A stretch of DNA of 64,000 nucleotides from Octopus vulgaris. Lineage: Eukaryota. Below the pieces are notes generated by a model. That model worked only from the letters and a program-made list of their open reading frames with translations. It did no database searches and was not told the DNA's origin. How positions within the stretch are numbered: the stretch's first letter is position 1; each line of letters opens with the position of its first letter. Both the position numbers and the translations under genes were made by a program. The stretch lies in the NCBI GenBank assembly GCA_951406725.2, contig OX597840.1:10664001-10728000 (forward strand), given 5' to 3'. Positions 55,937 through 64,000 of the stretch are shown one piece after another.

Positions 55937-56454
55937 TTAAGCACACTGGCTCAGGTCTTGATGCCAGATTTCGTTGTTTTCGCATTTCCTTAGTTGATAA
56001 TCTGTGCCTGCACCACACGCTATAAAATAGGAACTACTGAATGGGTGAGGTTGAAACTGGCCGTTAGTGTTAGCTCCACACACACTAACGCTTGGATTAA
56101 AGGGCAAGCAACTCATAATACTTGGATGCCAGATTCGTGTTGAGGGACAAGGCAGTTCATAACTTTGACCCCATTGACTACATAGTATGAATTTTGAAAG
56201 GCTTCTCGGATGAGGATAATAAATTTGCGGTGGATAAACGACGCAGGGGAGAAGCTGCAAAGCGATGCCTGGTGTGGTCGACACATGGGGCTTACATCTC
56301 TTCAGGATTGCATCAAAAGATTCATTTTCAAGACACAAGACGATGGTCAGCTTCCCTGTCGAATCGCATTCAAAGTACTTTCCAGGTTGATTAGGGTAGG
56401 AGAAAATATATTGTTCCTGTTGGCGAGTTTCATCTGTGCACGGATATTGAAAGT
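55937..56454 (-). CDS. Gene B last exon: three chitin-binding-like repeats
   Basis: TTTCAG| acceptor; open frame [30 protein letters not shown]...WHQDLSQCA*; colinear with 43016-43524 with all 12 Cys kept. Confidence 0.9.
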
Positions 56455-56493
56455 CTGAAAGAAAAGAACGACAGTGCTTAATGGTAAAAATCG

Positions 56494-56727
<234 letters not shown>

Positions 56728-56728
56728 G

Positions 56729-56869
56729 TTAGGTTGTCCCAAAAGTCCGTAAACACCTGCGAAAATTGAAGTTTTACTCGCCAAGTACTAACAAAAACAA
56801 CAAAAATTATTCCTCAAAATAAAGACCATTATTTTCCAAGACTTTTTATGAACTTTTGGGACAACCTTA
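56729..56869. mobile_element. Short mariner MITE
   Basis: TIRs TTAGGTTGTCCCAAAAGT and ACTTTTGGGACAACCTTA-TA. Confidence 0.8.
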
Positions 56870-56952
56870 TAGATATAGATATATATATATTGATTGATAG
56901 ATAGATATAGATAGATATACAAACATACACACATATATATATAGAGAGATAT

Positions 56953-57112
<160 letters not shown>

Positions 57113-57398
57113 TTAGATATGTGTGTATGTATGTATTATGTATGCATGTATGTATGTATGTATGTGTGTGTGTGCATGCGTGTGTACGCGCATGTGCGCA
57201 GGCTTTGTAACTGTATTACGCAGCCTGTACACACGTACGTACAGAAGGGGTAGGATTTCATAAATAAAAGTACAAGATCGTATCTCTGTCGGTGTCTGTT
57301 GATGGGTGGGTTTCCGCTATAGATCCACTCCCATTGTCTGTACCATCTCTTTAACACTGGAACTACACAATAGGAAAATCAACAAGAATCAATGTATG

Positions 57399-58372
57399 TA
57401 TTTCTTTACTACCCACAAGGGGGTCAAGCAAGGGGACAAGCATAGAGGGGACAAGCAAGGACAGACAAACGATTAAGTCGATTAGATCGATCCCAGTGCG
57501 TAACTGGTACTTAATTTATCGACCCCGAAAGGATGAAATGCAAAGTCGACCTCGGCGGAATTTAAACCCAGAACGTAGCGGCAGACGAAATACCTATTTC
57601 TTTACTACCCACAAGTGTTTAAACACAGAGGGGACAAGCAAGGACTGACAAACAGATTAAGTCGATTACATCGATCCCAGTGCGTAACTGGTACTTAATT
57701 TATCGACCCCGAAAGGATGAAAGGCAAAGTCGACCTCGGCGGAATTTGAACCCAGAACGTAGCGGCAGACGAAATACCTATTTCTTTACTACCCACAAGG
57801 GTTTAAACACAGAGGGGACAAGCTAGGACAGACAAACAGATTAAGTCGATTAGATCGATCCCAGTGCGTAACTGGTACTTAATTTATCGACCCCGAAAGG
57901 ATGAAAGGCAAAGTCGACCTCGGCGGAATTTGAACCCAGAACGTAGCGGCAGACGAAATACCTATTTCTTTACTACCCACAAGGGTTTAAACACAGAGGG
58001 GACAAACAAGGACAGACAAACGGATTAAGTCGATTAGATCGATCCCAGTGCGTAACTGGTACTTAATTTATCGAACCCGAAAGGATGAAAGGCAAAGTCG
58101 ATCTCGGCGGAATTTGAACCCAGAACGTAGCCGCAGACGAAATACCTATTTCTTTACTACCCACAAGGGTTTAAACACAGAGGGGACAAGCAGGGACAGA
58201 CAAACGGATTAAGTCGATTACATCGATCCCAGTGCGTAACTGGTACTTAATTTATCGACCCCGAAAGGATGAAAGGCAAAGTCGACCTCGGCGGAATTTG
58301 AACTCAGAACGTAACGGCAGACGAAATATGGGTACGCATTTCGCCCGGTGTGCTAACGATTCTGCCAGCTCG
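57399..58372 (-). mobile_element. SINE family C with five tandem body units (about 184 bp)
   Basis: TATTTCTTTACTACCCACAAG recurs at 57399, 57595, 57779, 57963 and 58147; single head at about 58370. Confidence 0.85.
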
Positions 58373-58964
58373 GAGACACCAAGGTATTTATCAGACTGGA
58401 GACGTCGCTTGAATGTTTCTTACGGAATGGATACCTGTGACGACTCACAAGGACCATGTTGTGGATTTAAGGACACAAACCAAAGAGGAACAAAAAAAAA
58501 AAAAAAAAAAGGCGCAGGAGTGGCTGTGTGGTAAGTAGCTTGCTTACCAACCACATGGTTCCCGGTTCAGTCCCACTGCGTGGCATCTTGGGCAAGTGTC
58601 TTCTGCTATAGCCCCGGGACGACCAATGCCTTGTGAGTGGATTTGGTAGACGGAAACTGAAAGAAGCCTGTCGTATCTATGTATATATATATATGTATGT
58701 GTGTGTTTGTGTGTCTGTGTTTGTCCCCCTAGCATTGCTTGACGACCGATGCTGGTGTGTTTACGTCCCCCGTCACTTAGCGGTTCGGCAAATGAGACCG
58801 ATAGCATAAGTACTGGGCTTACAAAAGAATAAGTCCCGGGGTCGAGTTGCTCGACTAAAGGCGGTGCTCCAGCATGGCCGCAGTCAAATGACTGAAACAA
58901 GTAAAAGAGTAAAAAAGAGAAAGAGTAAATGAAATTTTGAGATTAACGGGTTGTATGAACTTAC

Positions 58965-59048
58965 CTTCGTGGAATACGTGGCTGAGGTCCTCGAGGCTAC
59001 AAGGTATTTCTACGTTATTTCGACGACAGGTCACTTGTATTGAGGGAT
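58965..59048 (-). CDS. Gene B 84-nt linker exon
   Basis: GAAACAG| acceptor, G|GTAAGT donor; [28 protein letters not shown]. Confidence 0.85.
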
Positions 59049-59147
59049 CTGTTTCAAAGAAAGATGTACGTCAGAACAGGAGCACGCGACTATAATTATG
59101 TCTATATACTGTGTGTGTGTGTGTGTGTGTGCATGTGTGTATGTGTG

Positions 59148-59179
<32 letters not shown>

Positions 59180-59314
59180 CGTGTGTGTGTATGTGTGTAA
59201 GTGTGCGTGTGTGTGTGTATGTGTATGTGTGTGTGTGTGTGTGTATGTGTGCGTGTGTGTGTGTGTGATGAAACTCTACAATTAAAGACTATAATTGTGT
59301 CTATATACTGTGTG

Positions 59315-59346
<32 letters not shown>

Positions 59347-59400
59347 CGTGTGTGTGTATGTGTGTAAGTGTGTGTGTGTGTGCGTGTGTGTGTATGTGTA

Positions 59401-59432
<32 letters not shown>

Positions 59433-59523
59433 CGTGTGTGTGTGTGTGTATGTGTGCGTGTGTGTGTGTGTATGTGTGTAAGTGTGTGTGTGTGTGTATG
59501 TGCATGTGTGTGTGTGTGTATGT

Positions 59524-59565
<42 letters not shown>

Positions 59566-59856
59566 TGAAACTCTACAATTAAAGATAACATGTCGAGTCA
59601 AGAATTCTGGTAGGTTGAAATATTCTTATCTCTTCTTTAACAGTCGCTGATAACTACAACGAATGCAGGAGTGGCTGTGTGGTAAGTAGCTTGCTAACCA
59701 GCCACATGGTTCCGGGTTCAGTCCCACTGCGTGGCACCATGGGCAAGTGTCTTCTGCTATAGCCCCGGGCCGACGAGCCGACCAATGCCTTGTGAGTGGA
59801 TTTGGTAGACGGAAACTGAAAGAAACCTGTCGTATATATATATATATATATATATA

Positions 59857-59887
<31 letters not shown>

Positions 59888-60081
59888 TTGTGTGTCTGTG
59901 CTTGTCCTCCTTCACAACCGATGCTGGTGTGTTTACGTCCCCGTCACTTAGCCTTTCGGCAAAAGAGACCGATAGAATAAGTACTGGGCACACAAAGAAT
60001 AAGTCCCGGGGTCGATTTTTGCTCGACTAAAGGCGGTGCTCCAGCATGGCCGCAGTCACAATGACTGAAACAAGTAAAAGA

Positions 60082-60145
<64 letters not shown>

Positions 60146-60514
60146 GAGACAGAGAGAAAGAGAGTAATATTTTTCTTTCTTCAACAAAGAAAACGATTTC
60201 AATTTACTGAACTGAAATTCTTCTTGCTTGTTTGCATAAGGGACTCAATATGCTTGTTTGCATAAGGGACTCAATATAGCATCCATTAAATAATTTATTC
60301 GAAACCATGCGACTGGACAGGCTGAGTTATTTCGCTTAGATCACCTTAGTTATTTTTTTAATTATGCAAATTACTGATGTGCAAAACAATCGTATTTCTT
60401 ATGCAAAATCGTCGGATGAACAAAACAGGTTTCGGCAGGATAATAAGTTTGCAGACGAAATCCAGTAAATTACGGAACATGTTTGTAGTTGTCTCCCTTA
60501 TCTGATAACAAATA

Positions 60515-60795
60515 TATTTCTGCGTGGAAGGTGTTTATACGCCATATTGAGAAACACACAAAAACCGTTAGATTCACTTCAACATTTAAGTTTAATTTGT
60601 CAAAATATTTTCGTCGCTTTCTGACCATAACCTGTTCACTGACAAAACTTCGTGCTGCACGGAATTTTGTCAGTGAACAGGTCGCCGTCTCAAAGCGACG
60701 AAAATATTTTGACGAATTAAATTTTTAAATGTTGAAGTGAATCTAACAGTTTTTGTATGTTTCTTAAATGGCTTACAAACACCTTCCACGCTGCA
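60515..60795. repeat. Inverted repeat (about 135-bp arms)
   Basis: GCGTGGAAGGTGTT...CACTGACAAAA mirrored by TTTTGTCAGTG...AACACCTTCCACGC. Confidence 0.85.
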
Positions 60796-60799
60796 ATTG

Positions 60800-60850
<51 letters not shown>

Positions 60851-61468
60851 ATTATATACAAGGAGCTTCTACAGGACTAGAACTGTTTCATTCAAGTGAA
60901 ATCTTCAGGAAGCTAGTTAACAAGAATTGTATTGGCATTTATACATTTAGGCAGGTTTAAAGGGGTGGTGGTGGGGGACTTTTTGGGGGTAGGCATAGCG
61001 CAAAAATATCATACTTGGGGGAGTGGTCAAGGAGTCAGTGGTAAATTAGATAAAAGAATAAATAAAAGAATAAAAAAATATATAGAAGAATAGAGTTTTA
61101 GGTAAATAAGGAGATTCTCACTTATACCTATACACATATGTATACATATATACACACACACACACATATACATACACACATGCATACACACACACACATA
61201 TATACATACACACATACATACATACATATATCTACATATACCTATATATATATATATATACATATATACACACACATATGCATATACATATACACACACA
61301 CATGTATATATACACACACGACCACACATACATATACACACAAAAAATATATACATACACACACATACACATACACACATACACACATACACACACATAT
61401 CCACATACACACATGCACACACAACACACAAGTCCCTATATACACATATATACATATACACACATATA

Positions 61469-61502
<34 letters not shown>

Positions 61503-61890
61503 CACATATGTGTACCTATACATACCTACACGTACACACATATACATACAGATACAAACCCATTCCCTAATTTTAATTTTATTATCTTCATTTATTACTT
61601 TTGTTATCTTTGACCGCTGGTCACAAGCATCTTGGCTACGACAGCAAGTCCATTTATCTTTCTACTTGAACACAAGCACTCACTCACGCACGCACACTCA
61701 TTAGCACGCACACTCACTCATTCGCACACTCATACACATACACGCACGTACGCGTTATATTCATACATACATACATCTACATACATTCACATATATACAC
61801 ATACGTACGCGTACCTACAGATTCATGTCTACATATACACCGATAAATATATATACACACATACATATACACCTACATACAAATACATAC

Positions 61891-61925
<35 letters not shown>

Positions 61926-61964
61926 CGTATATATACATACATACATACATACACCCATACATAC

Positions 61965-62059
61965 ATCCAAGAATACTTTGGTCAAAGCAAAATTTATTGC
62001 TCCAACGCTTCCGGACGAGTCAATAACAAAAACTAAGTCCATTTGGGCACTGGCACAAT
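61965..62059 (-). pseudogene. Gene B truncated VWA exon (first about 31 codons only)
   Basis: CASAQMDLVFVIDSSGSVGAINFALTKVFLD runs directly into a (GTAT)n microsatellite. Confidence 0.85.
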
Positions 62060-62372
62060 CTGAAAAGATATTCAGAATTAAAACCAATTTATACAACCAA
62101 AACCCATACGCGAAAGAGCTATACATACATACATACATACATACATACATACATACACACATACATACATACATACATACATGCATGCATGCATACATAC
62201 ATACATGCATGCATACATACATACATAGATGCATGCATACATACATACATACATACATACATGCATGCATGCATACATGCATGCATGCATACATACATAC
62301 ATACATACATACGTGCATGCATGCATACATACATGCGTACATACATACATACATACATACATACATGCATAC

Positions 62373-62403
<31 letters not shown>

Positions 62404-62545
62404 CTTCCATACATACATACTTCCATACATACTTACATACATACATGCATACTTACATACATACATACATACATTCATTCATACATACATACATACATAT
62501 ACAAGATTATACGACAAAAGAGCGCAGACAATAATTTTTACTCAC

Positions 62546-62834
62546 CGTTTGACTGTTCTAATTCATTTGACAAGATCACATATTTAGTGGTGTCGCCCTT
62601 CGAATACATATACTTGTTCCACAAAAGAGCTAGCTGTGGTCTTCGATGCGGAAACGGCGATATTGAATTTGAAATAAACAAGCACACTACCAATCCAGAA
62701 TATAGGGGTATTTGTAGGTCGGACATTGTTAGGGTCGATACATCAACATTGAACTTGGTCTTCACTTCATTGCATTTCGTTTTTAGTATACCATTGCAAG
62801 CATTTCGGACGGTTGTCAATTGGGCGCTGGTTAC
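62546..62834 (-). CDS. Gene B exon 2 (N-terminal domain)
   Basis: CTTTAG| acceptor, G|GTGAGT donor, 289 nt open; homologous to 29428-29715. Confidence 0.9.
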
Positions 62835-63049
62835 CTAAAGAAATGAAAGATAAAAGCATTTTTGTGCCAAACGGAGGGGTCTTTAGGCCGTCATTAGATT
62901 ACTTATTTTACCTTTAATAGGAAACACGTTAATTCAGTTGATCGTAGGACTAAATTTATCCCAGGCGTGACTGTGTGGAAAGAATTTAGCTTTTGAAACA
63001 CATGGATACGGGTTCAGTCCCACTGTGTGACACCCTGGGCTTCTGTCTC

Positions 63050-63800
63050 CATGTATGTATGTATATATGCATGTAAGTATGTATGTATGTATGTATGTAT
63101 GTATGTATGTATGTATGTATGTATGTATGTATGTATGTATGTATGTATGAATGTATGTATGTATGTATGTATGTATGTATGTATGTATGCATGTATGTAT
63201 GAATGTATGTATGTATGTATGTATGTATGAATGTATGTATGTATGTATGTATGTATGTACGTATGTATGTATGTAAGTATGTATGTATGTATGTATGCAT
63301 GTATGCATGAATGTATGTATGTATGTATGTATGTATGTATGTATGTATGTGTATGTATGTATGTATGTATGTATGTATGTATGTATGCATGTATGCATGA
63401 ATGTATGTATGTATGTATGTATGTATGAATGTATGAATGTATGTATGTATGTATGTATGTATGTATGTATGTATGTATGTATGTATGTATGTATGTATGT
63501 ATGTATGTATGTATGTATGTATGTATGTATGTATGTATGTATGTATGTTTGTATGTATGTATGTTTGTATGTTTGTATGTATGTAAGTATGTATGTATGT
63601 GAGTATGTATGTATGCATGAATGTATGTATGAATGTATGTATGTATGTATGTATGTTTGTATGTATGTATGTTTGTATGTATGTATGTTTGTATGTATGT
63701 AAGTATGTATGTATGTATATATGTATGTATGTATGTATGTAATATATCTACATGCGTGTATGCATGTGCGTGTGTGTGTATGTGTGTGTGTGTGTGTGTT
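63050..63800. repeat. (TATG)n/(TG)n microsatellite inside a SINE A-like copy
   Basis: Directly visible; SINE-like head at about 62963 and tail at about 63830-63995. Confidence 0.9.
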
Positions 63801-64000
63801 ATCTCTTGATGCTTGTGCTTGTTTCCGACCACACTGCTTCACCGCCGGAGCTGGTTTGTTTACGTCCTCGTAAATTAGAGGTTAGGTAAAAGGCAGCCGT
63901 AAAATAAGTTGCTAGACTTTAAAACCCGAAGACGATGAGTCGATTTATTCGACTAAAACGCCTCAAGGCGGGGCCCCAGCATGGCCGCAGTTAACTCACT

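Noticed and set aside
60600-60720. Hammerhead in the gene B intronic palindrome (also about 14318-14390, 27645 and 60880)
   Set aside because: The CUGANGA core or the stem II/III pairing is broken; at best decayed relics.

Overview
AT-rich, microsatellite-saturated animal genomic DNA. The SINE families and repeat landscape suggest an octopod cephalopod (inference). Almost all listed ORFs are microsatellite or repeat artefacts. Real gene content is a convergent (tail-to-tail) pair of paralogues. Gene A (+, 7 coding exons, 24635-43524, about 676 aa once a 1-nt homopolymer deletion in exon 2 is corrected) encodes a signal peptide, an unnamed N-terminal domain, a VWA domain with intact MIDAS, a beta-rich domain, a Cys linker and three 4-Cys chitin-binding-like repeats. 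Gene B (-, exon 1 presumably beyond the window end) keeps the N-domain, linker and chitin-binding exons but has lost most of the VWA exon and two further exons. Its exons have diverged from gene A faster than the flanking introns and UTR. The rest is mobile DNA: Penelope remnants carrying at least nine minimal hammerhead ribozyme cores, a retrozyme-like tandem, (TAA)n-embedded R4/Dong-type LINEs, CR1/L2-type LINE ends, a Gypsy integrase, mariner/Tc1 relics and MITEs, Helitrons, three tRNA-headed SINE families and several minisatellites. All coordinates and counts were made by hand.
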